Numbered from the stretch's first letter, positions 43,171 through 56,169 are shown. The stretch: 64,000 nt of DNA from Pseudomonadota bacterium (GCA_021788645.1 JAJYKK010000008.1:2072-66071); one strand, 5' to 3'. Notes: generated by a model not told the origin, from the letters alone. Program-made: numbers and translations.

Positions 43171-44331
43171 TCAGCTCAGGGCATGGCGCACGAGCGCGTT
43201 CTTGAGCCAGTCCTGGCGGTTGGTGAGATCGAGCCCGAGATTGCGCCCCCAGCGGACGAGAGGATGGCGCATCCTGAACAGCCTCTCCAGTCCGTCCGTG
43301 ACGAGCTGCATGGCAAGAATGTCCTCCTTGCGCGCCCGGTCGTAACGCCGCAACCCGAGATAATCGCCGCAATCGCGCTCGTGCCCCGCCGCCTTGAGCG
43401 TGGCCGCGAGGCATCGTGCGTCATGAAAACCCAAGTTGACGCCTTGTCCTGCCAACGGATGGACATTATGGGCGGCATCGCCGATGAGCGCAAGACGCGG
43501 GCGCACGAGCGAGGAAAGACGCAGCAGGCGAAGCGGGAACCCCGCAGGCGGCGTCAGCAGGCTCAGCGCGCCGAGCGCATCGTGACCCGCCGCGCGCACG
43601 CGCTCGCAAAAGGCCGCCTCGCCGAGTGCGAGGAGCGCACGCGCATGGGGCTCGGGAGTCGACCAGACGATGGAGATGCGGTTGCCCGGCAGGGGCAGGA
43701 AAGCGAGGATCCCGTCCCCGCGGAACCATTGCCGGGCGAGATGGCCGTGCGGCTTCTCCGTCTCGAAATTCGCCACCACGCCCAGCTGGCCATACGCGCG
43801 CGGCTCCGCCGCGATGCCCGCCGCCGCGCGCACCCAGGAACGCGCGCCATCGGCGCCCACGATGAGCCGCGCGGTGAGATGCCGCCCGTCGGAGAACGCG
43901 ATCGTCGCGTGGGCGTCCTCGAAGCGCAGCGCCTGGGGCCTGGCCCCGCCAAGGCGCGTCAGGTTGCTCTGCTGCTCGAGGCCGCGCCAGAGCGCATGAC
44001 CCAATTGGCCCCCCTCGAGAATAAACGCCAGTTCGGGCAACCCCGCGCCCAGGGCATCGAAACGAAGCCGGCCGCCGCCGTCACCACGCACGTCCATCCC
44101 CTGCACCGGCGCCACGCGCGTGTCCGGCACTCGCGTCCACGCGCCGAGGCGGGCGAGGAACGCCTGGTTCCCCGGGCTAATGGCGTAGACCCTGACGTCC
44201 CAGTCCTGCGTCGACGGCGGCTGCGGCGGCTGCGCCTCCACCAGCGCCACGTCGAAGCCGCTGTCCTGCAGGGCGGCGGCAAAGGCCGAACCCACCAGCC
44301 CCCCGCCCACCACGATCACGTCGAAATCCAT
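43171..44331 (-). CDS. UbiH/UbiF/UbiI family FAD-dependent ubiquinone hydroxylase
   Basis: GGGLVG, GADGARSWVR, GDAAH..HPLAGQGVNLG. Confidence 0.92.
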   Translation of the reverse strand: MDFDVIVVGGGLVGSAFAAALQDSGFDVALVEAQPPQPPSTQDWDVRVYAISPGNQAFLARLGAWTRVPDTRVAPVQGMDVRGDGGGRLRFDALGAGLPELAFILEGGQLGHALWRGLEQQSNLTRLGGARPQALRFEDAHATIAFSDGRHLTARLIVGADGARSWVRAAAGIAAEPRAYGQLGVVANFETEKPHGHLARQWFRGDGILAFLPLPGNRISIVWSTPEPHARALLALGEAAFCERVRAAGHDALGALSLLTPPAGFPLRLLRLSSLVRPRLALIGDAAHNVHPLAGQGVNLGFHDARCLAATLKAAGHERDCGDYLGLRRYDRARKEDILAMQLVTDGLERLFRMRHPLVRWGRNLGLDLTNRQDWLKNALVRHALS

Positions 44332-44338
44332 CGTCCCC

Positions 44339-45520
44339 TCAGAATCCCCGCGCGCCGAACATCATGCGGCGGGCGACGAAGTGCTTGACCGGCGGCAAGC
44401 CATCCAGGACGCTGAGCAGCAGGCCCCGCCCATGACCGATCGCGCCCGGATCGCTGGAGAAGAAGCGCACCAGGGCGTCCGTGAAAAAGATGCCCCCGGC
44501 CGTGTCGAGCCGGCGGCGCGCCGCATAGCGCGCCAGCATCGGGGCGGTTCCCAGCGCATCAGGCGGGCTCGCAAGGATTTCCCCCGCAAGATCCCAGGCA
44601 TCGCGCAGGCCCAAGTTGAATCCCTGGCCGGCCACCGGATGCAGGGTCTGCGCCGCATTGCCCAGCGCCACCGTGCGCACCCCGGTCACCGGCCGAACCG
44701 TCTTGAGGCTCAAGGGAAAGCTGGCGCGCGGACCGACCTCCAGGAAACGGCCGAGACGGTCGCCGAAATGGTCTTGCAGCGCATCCAGAAAAGCCGGCGC
44801 CGCCATGGCCATCAGCGCTTGCGCACGCGTCGGCGACGCGGTCCACACCAGCGAGACGCGGTCCTGCCAAGGCAGCAGGGCCACCGGACCGCTCGCCGCG
44901 AAGCGCTCGTAGGCCACCTGAGCGTGCGGACGCTGCGTGCGCACGGTCGCCACCACCGCCGCCTGCCCATAATCGCGTATCCTGGCAGGCGCGGCCTCGG
45001 GCGGCACGCAGCCGCGCCCGCCGTCGGCAATCGCCACGAGCCGCGCCGTCAGGCTCCCAGAATCCGTGGCCGACACGGTATCCAAGGAGACCTCGGTCCC
45101 TGTCGCCCGGAAACCGGTCACGCGGCTTCCCCACGCCACGGGCACGCCTTCGGCGCGCAACGCCTCATGCAGGGCGCCATCGAGATCGGCATAGTCGACC
45201 ACATAGCCCAGCGCGGGCAGGCCTTCCTCCACGGCACGCATGCGCGCACGCCCAAGGCTGCCCTTCTGCGAGACATGAATCTCCGTGATGGGCGTGGCGG
45301 CGGAAAGCCTCGCCCAGATCCCGAGGCGTTCGAGCATCAGGCGGCTGCCATAGGACAAAGCCAGCGCCCGCGGATCCGCCTGGCCGGCCCTTGGGCTTCT
45401 TTCCTCGAGCACCCTCACCGCAGCCCGACGGCCGCCGCCCGCCCCCTTGGCCAGCGCCAGTGCCGTCGCCGCACCGACGGGGCCGCCCCCGATGATGACG
45501 ACATCCGCCTGCTCAGCCAT
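44339..45520 (-). CDS. ubiH: 2-octaprenyl-6-methoxyphenol hydroxylase-like FAD monooxygenase
   Basis: GGGPVG, AYERF...GP.ALLP, GNAAQTLHPVAGQGFNLG; follows pepP. Confidence 0.85.
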   Translation of the reverse strand: MAEQADVVIIGGGPVGAATALALAKGAGGGRRAAVRVLEERSPRAGQADPRALALSYGSRLMLERLGIWARLSAATPITEIHVSQKGSLGRARMRAVEEGLPALGYVVDYADLDGALHEALRAEGVPVAWGSRVTGFRATGTEVSLDTVSATDSGSLTARLVAIADGGRGCVPPEAAPARIRDYGQAAVVATVRTQRPHAQVAYERFAASGPVALLPWQDRVSLVWTASPTRAQALMAMAAPAFLDALQDHFGDRLGRFLEVGPRASFPLSLKTVRPVTGVRTVALGNAAQTLHPVAGQGFNLGLRDAWDLAGEILASPPDALGTAPMLARYAARRRLDTAGGIFFTDALVRFFSSDPGAIGHGRGLLLSVLDGLPPVKHFVARRMMFGARGF

Positions 45521-46817
45521 CGCGCATCAGGGCCTCGATCTCGCTCGCCCGCTTGGGCGCCTGATGGGTCAGCACTTCATGCGCGGTCGGCGTCACGACG
45601 ACGTCATCCTCGATGCGGATGCCGATGTTCCAGAAGGCCTCGGGCACATCGGGCGCCGCTGCGATGTAGCAGCCCGGCTCGACGGTGAGCACCATGCCCG
45701 GGACCAGCTCGCGCCATTGCCCGCCCACCTTGTAGTCCCCCACGTCGTGCACATCGCGCCCCAGCCAATGGCCCGTGCGGTGCATGTAGAAGCGCTTGTA
45801 CTCGCCCGATTCGATGACGCCATCGCGCGTGCCGCGCAAAAGCCCCAGGTCGATGAGCCCCTGCGCGATGACGCGCACCGCCGCCTGATGGGGCGCATCC
45901 CACCCATTGCCGGGGCGAATCTCGCCCATCGCCGCCGCCTGCGCCGCGAGCACCATCGCGTAGACATCGCCCTGCGCGGCGTTGAACCGCCCGCTGACGG
46001 GCAGCGTGCGGGTGATGTCCGAGGCGTAGCCATCGAGTTCGCAGCCGGCATCGATCAGCAGGCAATCCCCGTCCTGCAACGCGCCATTGTTGGCGACATA
46101 ATGCAAAACGCAGGCATGCGCCCCCCCGGCGACGATCGGCGTGTAGGCCGGCGCCTGCGCGCCGTGCCGCCGGAACTCGTGCAGGAGCTCCGCCTCGATT
46201 TCGTGCTCCCAGCGGCCCGGACGGACGGCCTTCATGGCGCGGATGTGCGCGCCGCCTGAGATTTCGGCGGCACGGCGCATGACAGCCAACTCCTCCGGGC
46301 CCTTCACGAGCCGCATCTCGTCGAGCGCCACCCGCACGTCGCGGATCTCCGAGGGGGCCGCGACCCCTGCGCGCGAGTGCCCGCGCACGGCATTGAGCCA
46401 GCCCAGCACCCGCGCGTCCCAGGCAGCATCGGCGCCGATGGCAAAGAACAACGCCGGTTGATCGGCCAGCCATTGGGGTCCCCGCGCATCCAGTTCGCGC
46501 ACCGAATAGGCCTCGTCGACGCCAAAGCGCTCGCGCGCCGCCGCCGGGCCGTGTCGGTAGCCGTCCCAGACCTCCCGCTCGGGATCCTTGTCGCGGCACA
46601 GCAGGATGCTCTGGGGCGACCCGCCCGCCACGAGCACCAGGACGGCCTCCGGCTCGTCGAAGCCGGTCAGGTAATGAAAATAGCTGTCGTAACGGTAGGG
46701 ATAGTGCGCATCCCGGTTGCGCACCCGCTCGGGGGCGGTCGGAATCACCGCCACGCCTCGCCCCATGATGGCGGCGAGCCGCGCTCGCCTTTGCGCATAA
46801 ACTGTCATGTCGGTCAT
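45513..46817 (-). CDS. pepP: Xaa-Pro aminopeptidase
   Basis: YLTGFDEP, LHY, DAGCE..GYASDITRT, GHWLGRDVHD, TVEPG, IRIEDD. Confidence 0.95.
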   Translation of the reverse strand: MTDMTVYAQRRARLAAIMGRGVAVIPTAPERVRNRDAHYPYRYDSYFHYLTGFDEPEAVLVLVAGGSPQSILLCRDKDPEREVWDGYRHGPAAARERFGVDEAYSVRELDARGPQWLADQPALFFAIGADAAWDARVLGWLNAVRGHSRAGVAAPSEIRDVRVALDEMRLVKGPEELAVMRRAAEISGGAHIRAMKAVRPGRWEHEIEAELLHEFRRHGAQAPAYTPIVAGGAHACVLHYVANNGALQDGDCLLIDAGCELDGYASDITRTLPVSGRFNAAQGDVYAMVLAAQAAAMGEIRPGNGWDAPHQAAVRVIAQGLIDLGLLRGTRDGVIESGEYKRFYMHRTGHWLGRDVHDVGDYKVGGQWRELVPGMVLTVEPGCYIAAAPDVPEAFWNIGIRIEDDVVVTPTAHEVLTHQAPKRASEIEALMRDG

Positions 46818-46841
46818 CGGTATCGGTCTCGCCGCTCGCCG

Positions 46842-47279
46842 TCAATCCGGCTCGTCTTCCTCGAAATACTGTGCGTCCAGCAGAGCCGCCCAGGCCTGCT
46901 CCAGCCCTGCCAGCGGCCCGGCGATATCGTCCTGCAGCGCCCCCAGGCGCTGCCGGAACACGGCAAGCGCGGCGCCCCCATCGGCCTCGCCCGCCGCACG
47001 ATCCAATTGCGACAGGGACTCTTTGAGCGTATACGAAGACGCGAGGGCATGCTTGAGCCGCTCGCGCGGGCGCGTAAGCCATTCCCGGCTTCCCGTGAGC
47101 GCGCGCAGCTTCTCCCCCACGTCGAGGACGCGCTTGCGGATGCGCCCCATGGCGCCCAGCCTCGACGAGCGCAGATCGCCGAAAACGGCCAGATCCATCA
47201 GGCTCAGCCAGCCCGCATGCAACCGCTCGACCCATGCCCGGTCGAGCGCCAAGGCCCGCCTGACGTCCTCGGCCTCCAA
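46842..47279 (-). CDS. Hypothetical alpha-helical protein
   Basis: 145-aa ORF tightly packed between murU and pepP, co-oriented, with an acidic tail; TTG start. Confidence 0.7.
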   Translation of the reverse strand: MEAEDVRRALALDRAWVERLHAGWLSLMDLAVFGDLRSSRLGAMGRIRKRVLDVGEKLRALTGSREWLTRPRERLKHALASSYTLKESLSQLDRAAGEADGGAALAVFRQRLGALQDDIAGPLAGLEQAWAALLDAQYFEEDEPD

Positions 47280-47285
47280 GGCAGG

Positions 47286-48997
<1,712 letters not shown>

Positions 48998-49065
48998 GTG
49001 TGCTCGCGTTGCCTAAAAGGTCGAAGTGTGCGATTTTATCACGTCCCGCGAACAACCAAACCATA

Positions 49066-51372
49066 ATGCGCCCCCTACGTCTACACCCCATCGCCTGGGC
49101 GATCGCCTGCCTGGTCCCGACCGGCGCGCTTGCAGGAACCGGCCTGCCGCCGCTTCAAGTCGATCCCGCGCTGCTCGGGGCCTCCCCGCCGCCGGCCCGG
49201 CCGCCTGCTCCCGCCCCGGCGGCGGGAACGGCGTCCCCGACGACGAAGGCGCCCGGCCCGCCCGCGCCACCCCTGGCCCCCGCCGCCCCCGCCGGCCCGC
49301 AGACGATCACCCTCCAAGCCGACCGGTTGCGCGGCATCCAGGGCGTGCAGATGCAGGCGATCGGGAAGGTTGCGGTGCATCAGGGCGCGCGCGCCCTGTT
49401 TGCCGACAAGCTGACGTTTTTCCAGGCCCAGGATCGCGTCGTGGCCGAAGGCCATGTCCGGCTGTACGAAGAGAACGCAAGCGTGTTCGGGCCCTTGCTC
49501 AATCTCAAGCTCGACACCAACCAGGGCTTCATGGACCTGCCCACCTACCTGTGGGGACCGACCCATGGGCGCGGCCAGGGAACGCGCCTGCTGTTCAAGG
49601 GCCAAGGCCGCTATCGGGTGGAGAAGGGCAGCTACACGACATGCCCGGTGGGCAACAATGACTGGTTCCTCCATGTCAGCGACCTCGACCTCGACCGTAC
49701 CACCCAGGTCGGCACGGCATACAACGGCTACATCGACTTCAAGGGCGTGCCCATCCTGTACGTCCCGTGGTTCACCTTTCCCTTGAGCCGGGCGCGCAAG
49801 TCCGGCTTCCTGACGCCCAGCCTCGGCACCTCGGGCAATAATGGCGCCCAGATCACGACGCCGTACTACTTCAACATCGCGCCCAACTTCGACGACACGC
49901 TCACGCCCACCATCATGGCGAAGCGCGGGCTGCTGCTGGGCGACCAGTTCCGCTACCTGGAGCCCACGTATTCCGGCGTTTTCGAAGGCCAGGTCCTGCC
50001 GAACGACCGGATCACGGGTACCACCCGCTACCTCCTGGACTTCCAGCACACGCAGACGCTGGCGCCCGGCTGGGCGGCTTACATCAATGCGGAGAAGGTG
50101 TCGGACGCCACCTACTTCACCGACTTGAGCACCAACCTCGCCAACATCGCGACGGTCACGCTGCCGCAGGCGGCCTCGGTGGTTTACACGGGCGGCGGCT
50201 GGTGGAGCTTCTCGGGCCTGTTCCAGCGCTACCAGACGCTGCAGCTGCCCAACGCGCCGGTGGTGCCGCCCTACACCACCGCCCCCCAGCTTGCGCTCGG
50301 GGGCACCGACTACAATGGCCCGTTCGGGACGACGTTCGCCTTCACCGCCCAATACGACAATTTCGTACACCCCACCCTGCCCAGCGGGCAGCGCCTCGTC
50401 GTCAATCCGAGCGTGAGCCTGCCCCTGGAAAACAGCTTCGCCTATGTCACCCCGAAGATCGGCCTGTGGGCCAGCGATTACGCGCTCAACCGGACGACGT
50501 CGCCGCTGCCTGACGCCCACTTCGCGGTGCCCATCTTGAGCGTCGACAGCGGGGTAACGTTCGAGCGCGACACCAGTTTCCGGGGCACCCGGTATGTGCA
50601 GACCCTGGAACCCCGGCTCTATTACCTCTATGTCCCCTACCACAACCAGGACAACATCCCGCTGTTCGACACCACGGCGGCCGACTTCAATTTCGTCCAG
50701 ATGTTTTCGGACAACCAGTTCACCGGCTACGACCGCATCAACGATGCCAACCAGGTCACGGCCGGCCTCACCTCCCGCTTCCTCGAGCGCGCGACCGGAA
50801 TCGAGCGGCTGCGCGCGTCCGTCGGGCAGATCTTCTATTTCAAGAACCAGCAGGTGGGTCTTCCCGGCATCCCGTTGCGCACGCGCCATACCTCCGACGT
50901 CCTCTCGGAAGTCAGCGGCCCGATCACGACCATGTGGAACCTTTATGGACTGTGGGAATACAACCCCCAGGTCCGGGGGACCGCGCAATACGACATCGGG
51001 ACGCACTTCACCCCGGCGCCGGGGCGCGTCATCAACTTCGACTACCGGTACAGCGCCGCGACCCTGTTGCCGACGCCCGCCATGCGGATGATCGACGTTT
51101 CCAGCGAATGGCCCATCACCCGCCGGATCACCGGCCTCATGCGCTGGAACTACGACTTCCTCGGCGCAAGACTTTTGGAAGGCCTCGCCGGCATCGAGTA
51201 TAATGGCGGCTGCTGGGCCTTGCGGCTCGTTGCGAATCATATCCAGACGACCACCTCGCAGGCGAGCAATTCGTTCTTCGTGCAACTGGAGCTCAACGGC
51301 CTGAGCATCGGCGAGAATCCCCTCGACGTCCTACGCAGCAACATCGCAGGCTACGCCAAGACAAATGACTAA
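49066..51372 (+). CDS. lptD: LPS-assembly outer-membrane protein
   Basis: YTTC, RKSGFL.P, PYYFNIAPN.D, TLEPRLYY, DRINDAN, GCW, QLELNGL. Confidence 0.96.
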   Translation: MRPLRLHPIAWAIACLVPTGALAGTGLPPLQVDPALLGASPPPARPPAPAPAAGTASPTTKAPGPPAPPLAPAAPAGPQTITLQADRLRGIQGVQMQAIGKVAVHQGARALFADKLTFFQAQDRVVAEGHVRLYEENASVFGPLLNLKLDTNQGFMDLPTYLWGPTHGRGQGTRLLFKGQGRYRVEKGSYTTCPVGNNDWFLHVSDLDLDRTTQVGTAYNGYIDFKGVPILYVPWFTFPLSRARKSGFLTPSLGTSGNNGAQITTPYYFNIAPNFDDTLTPTIMAKRGLLLGDQFRYLEPTYSGVFEGQVLPNDRITGTTRYLLDFQHTQTLAPGWAAYINAEKVSDATYFTDLSTNLANIATVTLPQAASVVYTGGGWWSFSGLFQRYQTLQLPNAPVVPPYTTAPQLALGGTDYNGPFGTTFAFTAQYDNFVHPTLPSGQRLVVNPSVSLPLENSFAYVTPKIGLWASDYALNRTTSPLPDAHFAVPILSVDSGVTFERDTSFRGTRYVQTLEPRLYYLYVPYHNQDNIPLFDTTAADFNFVQMFSDNQFTGYDRINDANQVTAGLTSRFLERATGIERLRASVGQIFYFKNQQVGLPGIPLRTRHTSDVLSEVSGPITTMWNLYGLWEYNPQVRGTAQYDIGTHFTPAPGRVINFDYRYSAATLLPTPAMRMIDVSSEWPITRRITGLMRWNYDFLGARLLEGLAGIEYNGGCWALRLVANHIQTTTSQASNSFFVQLELNGLSIGENPLDVLRSNIAGYAKTND

Positions 51373-52702
51373 GCACATCTGCCGCCCGAATGCGGGCCCT
51401 TTCCTCGGAACGGTTCTCCTGGCCGGCGCGCTCTTCCTGCTCGCCGGGACGGTGCGCGCCGCCGCGAGCCCCGCGCCGGCAGTCGTCCCCATCGACCGCA
51501 TCGTGGCGGTGGTCGACAACAGCGTCATCACCCAGGTCCAGCTCGACGACCAGGTGACGCTCATTTCCAAGCAGCTGGAGGCGCGCGGGACGCCGCTGCC
51601 GCCGCACGACGTCCTGGAACGGCAGATCTTGCAGCGGATGATCAACGACACGGTGCAGCTCGAATTCGCCAAGCGCTCCGGCATCCACGTCGATGGCAGC
51701 GAGCTCGACAGCGCCATCGGCCGCATCGCCGCGCGCAACCACATGAGCACCGCCCAGTTTCAGGCGGCGCTGAAGGGGCAGGGGGTCGACTGGACGTCGT
51801 TTCGCAAGGAAATCCAGAACGAGATGATCATCGGACGCCTGAAGGAGCGCGACGTGGATAGCCGCGTCGTCGTCTCCGACGCGGAAATCGACAATTTCCT
51901 GCGCAAGCAGGCCGCCTCCGGCGGGGATATGCAGTACAACCTGGACAACATCATCGTGTTCGTGCCGGAAAACGCGAGCCCGGCGCAGATCGCTCGCCAC
52001 CGCGCGAAGGCTCAGGCCGCCCTCGACGAACTGCGCCAGGGCACGGATTTCGGGCAGGTTTCCGCATCCTTCTCGGACGCGCCGAACGCCATGCAGGGCG
52101 GACAGCTCGGGTGGCGCTCGGCCGCGCAACTGCCCGAGTTCTATCTGGCCGCCCTCAAGACCATGCATCCCGGGGACATCAGCGGTCTGCTGCGCGGACC
52201 CAACGGCTTCAACATCATCAAGCTCCTCGGGGAGCGCGGGGCCGATGCGCCCACCTTCGTCGAAGAGACGCACGTGCGCCAGATCCTGCTTCGCCCCGAC
52301 GCGCTGCTCTCGAGCGCCCAGGCCAAGGCCAAGCTGCTGCAGCTCAAGGCGCGCATCGCGCACGGCGAGCATTTCTCGACCCTCGCGCGGCAGTATTCGC
52401 AAGACGGCAGCGCGGCCAACGGGGGCGATCTGGGGTGGGTCTCCCCGGGCGAGACGGTGCCCGATTTCGAGAGCGCGATGAACGCGCTCAAGCCGGGCGA
52501 GATCAGCAATCCGGTCCACACCCAATTCGGCTGGCACTTGATCCAGGTACTCGGCCGGCGAAAGGTGGACGTGACGGCGCAACGCAAGCGCGATCTCGCG
52601 CGCGAAGCCATTCGTGCCCGCAAGGCGGACGAGGCCTACGAGGAGTTCGTGCGCGAGCTGCGCGACCAGGCCTACGTCAAGATCCGCCTGGCGGGCGAAT
52701 GA
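51365..52702 (+). CDS. surA: Periplasmic chaperone/PPIase
   Basis: IDRIVAVV, two parvulin domains (GGQLGW, GGDLGW, FGWHLI). Confidence 0.95.
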   Translation: MTKHICRPNAGPFLGTVLLAGALFLLAGTVRAAASPAPAVVPIDRIVAVVDNSVITQVQLDDQVTLISKQLEARGTPLPPHDVLERQILQRMINDTVQLEFAKRSGIHVDGSELDSAIGRIAARNHMSTAQFQAALKGQGVDWTSFRKEIQNEMIIGRLKERDVDSRVVVSDAEIDNFLRKQAASGGDMQYNLDNIIVFVPENASPAQIARHRAKAQAALDELRQGTDFGQVSASFSDAPNAMQGGQLGWRSAAQLPEFYLAALKTMHPGDISGLLRGPNGFNIIKLLGERGADAPTFVEETHVRQILLRPDALLSSAQAKAKLLQLKARIAHGEHFSTLARQYSQDGSAANGGDLGWVSPGETVPDFESAMNALKPGEISNPVHTQFGWHLIQVLGRRKVDVTAQRKRDLAREAIRARKADEAYEEFVRELRDQAYVKIRLAGE

Positions 52703-52736
52703 GCGCGCCGCGCCACCGGCCAGCGCCAAGCCCCGC

Positions 52737-53732
52737 ATGCAGGATCGACATCCGCCTCGCCCGATCGCGCTGACCGCCGGCGAGCCGGCGGGCATCGGGC
52801 CCGATCTCCTGGTCCTCGCGGCCCAGAAGGCATGGCCCGTTCCGCTCGTCGCCGTCGCCGATCGCGACCTCCTGGCGGCGCGCGCCGAGCGCCTTGGGGT
52901 GCCGCTCGCGCTCAAGCCGTTCGATCCGCAACGCCCCACCCCGTCCACTCCGGGCGTCCTGGACCTCCTCCCCGAACCCCTCGCGGTGCCGGCGACCCCG
53001 GGCCGCCTCGATGCGCGCAACAGCCGCTATGTCCTCAACACCCTGGAGCGCGCCGCCCAAAGCTGCCTGGGCGGCGCGTGTGCCGCCATGGTCACGGCCC
53101 CGGTGCACAAGGGCATCATCAACGACGCGGGCATCGCGTTCACCGGCCATACCGAGTTTCTCGCCGAGCAGACCGGGACCTCCGACGTGGTCATGATGCT
53201 CGTCGGCGGCGGCCTTCGGGTGGCGCTCGCCACCACCCATCTCGCGGTCAAGGACATCGCATCGGCCATCACCGAGGACGGCCTCGTGCGTACGGCCACC
53301 ATCCTCCATGAGGCGCTGGTCGGCCGATTCGGGATCCCCCGCCCGCGCATCCTGGTGGCCGGGCTCAACCCGCACGCCGGGGAATCCGGGCACCTCGGGC
53401 GGGAAGAGATCGAGGTCATCGCACCCGCCCTCGCGCGCCTGCGGGGCCAAGGCCTGGACCTGCGGGGCCCGTTGCCGGCCGACACGCTGTTCACCCAGAA
53501 GCACCTCGCCGGATGCGACGCAGTGCTTGCCATGTACCATGACCAGGGACTGCCCGTGCTCAAATACGCCGCCTTCGGCCACGGCGTGAATGTCACTCTC
53601 GGGCTTCCCCTCATCCGCACCTCGGTCGACCACGGCACGGCCCTGGACCTCGCCGGAACCGGGCGCATCGACGAGGGCAGCCTCGCGGCGGCGATCGAAC
53701 TCGCCATCGGGCTCGCCAGGGCCGCCGGCTAA
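52737..53732 (+). CDS. pdxA: 4-hydroxythreonine-4-phosphate dehydrogenase
   Basis: [36 protein letters not shown]. Confidence 0.96.
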   Translation: MQDRHPPRPIALTAGEPAGIGPDLLVLAAQKAWPVPLVAVADRDLLAARAERLGVPLALKPFDPQRPTPSTPGVLDLLPEPLAVPATPGRLDARNSRYVLNTLERAAQSCLGGACAAMVTAPVHKGIINDAGIAFTGHTEFLAEQTGTSDVVMMLVGGGLRVALATTHLAVKDIASAITEDGLVRTATILHEALVGRFGIPRPRILVAGLNPHAGESGHLGREEIEVIAPALARLRGQGLDLRGPLPADTLFTQKHLAGCDAVLAMYHDQGLPVLKYAAFGHGVNVTLGLPLIRTSVDHGTALDLAGTGRIDEGSLAAAIELAIGLARAAG

Positions 53733-53734
53733 CC

Positions 53735-54523
53735 ATGCCTGCCCATACACCGCGGCGGCGATTCGGGCAGCATTTCCTGACCGATGCCGAAATCATCGCC
53801 CGTCTGGTCGCGGCGATCGGGCCTGCTTCCGGCGACTGCATGGTCGAGATCGGTCCCGGCCTGGGCGCCCTCACGCGCCCGCTCCTGCAGACGCTGAAGC
53901 GCCTCCATGCGGTCGAGCTCGACCGCGACATCGTCGCGCGGCTGGGCCGCGAATTTCCCGCCGAGCGTCTCGTCGTGCATGCCGCCGACGCGCTGACGTT
54001 CGATTTCTCGCGCATCGGCGCGCGATTCCGGGTGGTGGGGAACCTGCCCTACAACATCTCGACGCCGCTGCTCTTTCATCTGGCCCGCTTCGCGGACGCG
54101 ATCATCGACATCCACGTCATGCTGCAGAAGGAAGTCGTGGATCGCATGGCGGCGGACCCCGGCACCAGCGACTACGGACGCCTGAGCGTCATGCTGCAAT
54201 ACCGCTTCTCGATCGAAAAGCTCTTCGACGTCCCCCCCGAGGCCTTCCGCCCGCCCCCCAAGGTGGATTCCGCCGTCGTCCGCCTCACCCCCTTCGCGCG
54301 CCCGCCCTATCCGGCGAAGGACGAGCGGCTGTTCGCCACCCTGGTCGCGGCGGCCTTCAGCCAGAGACGCAAGACGCTGCGCAATACCCTGAAAGGCTAT
54401 CTGGGCCCGGAGGATCTGACCCGCCTCGGCATCGATCCGCAACTCCGGGCAGAAAACCTGTCGGTAGAGGCGTTCGTGCGGGCGACGAATCATCTCAGCG
54501 CACACGCCGCGCCCACCCGTTGA
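53735..54523 (+). CDS. rsmA: 16S rRNA m6,2A dimethyltransferase
   Basis: RFGQHFL, EIGPGLG, NLPYNIS, PPPKVDS. Confidence 0.96.
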   Translation: MPAHTPRRRFGQHFLTDAEIIARLVAAIGPASGDCMVEIGPGLGALTRPLLQTLKRLHAVELDRDIVARLGREFPAERLVVHAADALTFDFSRIGARFRVVGNLPYNISTPLLFHLARFADAIIDIHVMLQKEVVDRMAADPGTSDYGRLSVMLQYRFSIEKLFDVPPEAFRPPPKVDSAVVRLTPFARPPYPAKDERLFATLVAAAFSQRRKTLRNTLKGYLGPEDLTRLGIDPQLRAENLSVEAFVRATNHLSAHAAPTR

Positions 54524-54700
54524 GCCTGCGCGCCCCCCCAGCGGCGGCTACCGACCCCCGGCACGACGCCGGAGGAATCCGCAAGGCATGCAGCCGCGCC
54601 CCATGGGGATGGTCGTCAGCGTCAATCCGGCGGGAAACCGGCCACGCCTGAACCTCGCCATCGGCGGCAGGCCTGCGCCGCCCAACGGCGCGCCACGGGC

Positions 54701-55429
54701 TCAGACGATCCCGTAGCGGGGAGCGCTTAACCGCAAGGCCTTGCGCACCCGCGCATAGTCCGGGAAGATCCGCCCCACGAGCGCCCAGAAAGCCGGAGAG
54801 TGGTTCATCTCGAGGAGATGGGCGAGCTCGTGGGCCACCACATAATCCAGCTGCTCCTGCGGCGCCATGATGAGTCGCCAGTTGAGGCGCACCTCCCTGC
54901 GCGCGTTGCAGCTGCCCCAGCGGGTCCTTGCGTTGGACAGCAGGACGCGGGGGCGCAAGACGCCCAGCCGGTCGCTGTAAATCGCGACGCGTTCGGCAAA
55001 GCACGCATGCGCCTGCGCACGATACCAGCGCACGACGGCCTGCTCGATGTCGCGAGCGTCGCCCTGCGCGGCCCTGCCCACGCGCAACTCGCCGTCCACC
55101 AGCACCGGCTGCGGGACATGAACGAGGGGCGCGAAAGACAGGCGAAGCTCGCATCCGCGGTAGGGCAGGCGCGCGCCCTCCCGCCAGTCGATCGGGGTCG
55201 GCTGGCGCGCGGCGACGGCCGCAAGGTGCTTCAGTATCCACGCGCTTTTTTCCAGCAGGACCGCCTCGACTCGCGTCTGCGGCACCCCGCGGGGCATGCT
55301 GACCGCAAGGCCGCGCGCGCTCACGGTCAGGCGAATGTTGCGCGAACGCGCGCAGACACGGGCGGTGTAGTCCGTTTCCTGCCCCGCCAGGACGATGGTG
55401 CGCCGCAGCCGCAGGGCCCGCGGCTTCAT
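54701..55429 (-). CDS. YgjP-like zinc metalloprotease/hydrolase (DUF45)
   Basis: RWGSC, LNWRL, DYVVAHELAHL.EMNHS..FW. Confidence 0.9.
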   Translation of the reverse strand: MKPRALRLRRTIVLAGQETDYTARVCARSRNIRLTVSARGLAVSMPRGVPQTRVEAVLLEKSAWILKHLAAVAARQPTPIDWREGARLPYRGCELRLSFAPLVHVPQPVLVDGELRVGRAAQGDARDIEQAVVRWYRAQAHACFAERVAIYSDRLGVLRPRVLLSNARTRWGSCNARREVRLNWRLIMAPQEQLDYVVAHELAHLLEMNHSPAFWALVGRIFPDYARVRKALRLSAPRYGIV

Positions 55430-56169
55430 GGGACCTGCGGCTGCGGGCGGCCGGCGGCCTTCGCATGAGGCAGCCTGCTCACTTCCGCTTCGATCCATGC
55501 CTCGATCCGCCGGGTGAGTTCCGATGCGCTCACGCCGTTCGGGTCGATCGGGGGACCGATGCTCACCGTGACGGTCCCGGGCCGCTTGAGAAAGCCGTTC
55601 TTGCCCCAGAATTCGCCGGCATTATGGGCGACCGGCACGACCGGCACGCCGGCATGGATCGCCAGATGCGCCGCCCCGATCCCGTACTTGCCTCGGGTGC
55701 CGGGCAGCATCCGCGTGCCCTCCGGGAAGATGACGACCCAAAAACCCCGCCGGAGCCGGTCAACGCCTTGCGCCGCGATTTCCTTGAGCGCGCCGCGGCC
55801 GTCGCGGCGGTTGATGGCGATCGGGCTGAGCATGGCAAGCCCCCATCCGAAAAACGGAATCCGCAGCAGCTCGCGCTTGAGGACCCATACCTGCGGCGGA
55901 AAAATGCACTGAAAGGCGAGCGTCTCCCAGGCCGATTGGTGCTTGGAGGCAATGACGGCGGCGCCGGCCGGCACGTTCTCCACGCCCAGGACGCGATAGT
56001 CCGTCCTGCACAGCAGCCGCAGCAGTGCGATCATCGTCTTGGCCCAGCCCGAAATGACGCGGTAGCGCACCATGGGGGGAAACGGAAACGTGAGGGTCGC
56101 GACGACGGCGTAGATGGGCGTCACCACCACCATGCAGAGCGCAAAAAGCGCCGAGCGCAACACGATCAT
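55426..56169 (-). CDS. plsC: 1-acyl-sn-glycerol-3-phosphate acyltransferase
   Basis: KHQSAWET, FPEGTR; gmhB-plsC synteny. Confidence 0.9.
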   Translation of the reverse strand: MIVLRSALFALCMVVVTPIYAVVATLTFPFPPMVRYRVISGWAKTMIALLRLLCRTDYRVLGVENVPAGAAVIASKHQSAWETLAFQCIFPPQVWVLKRELLRIPFFGWGLAMLSPIAINRRDGRGALKEIAAQGVDRLRRGFWVVIFPEGTRMLPGTRGKYGIGAAHLAIHAGVPVVPVAHNAGEFWGKNGFLKRPGTVTVSIGPPIDPNGVSASELTRRIEAWIEAEVSRLPHAKAAGRPQPQVP

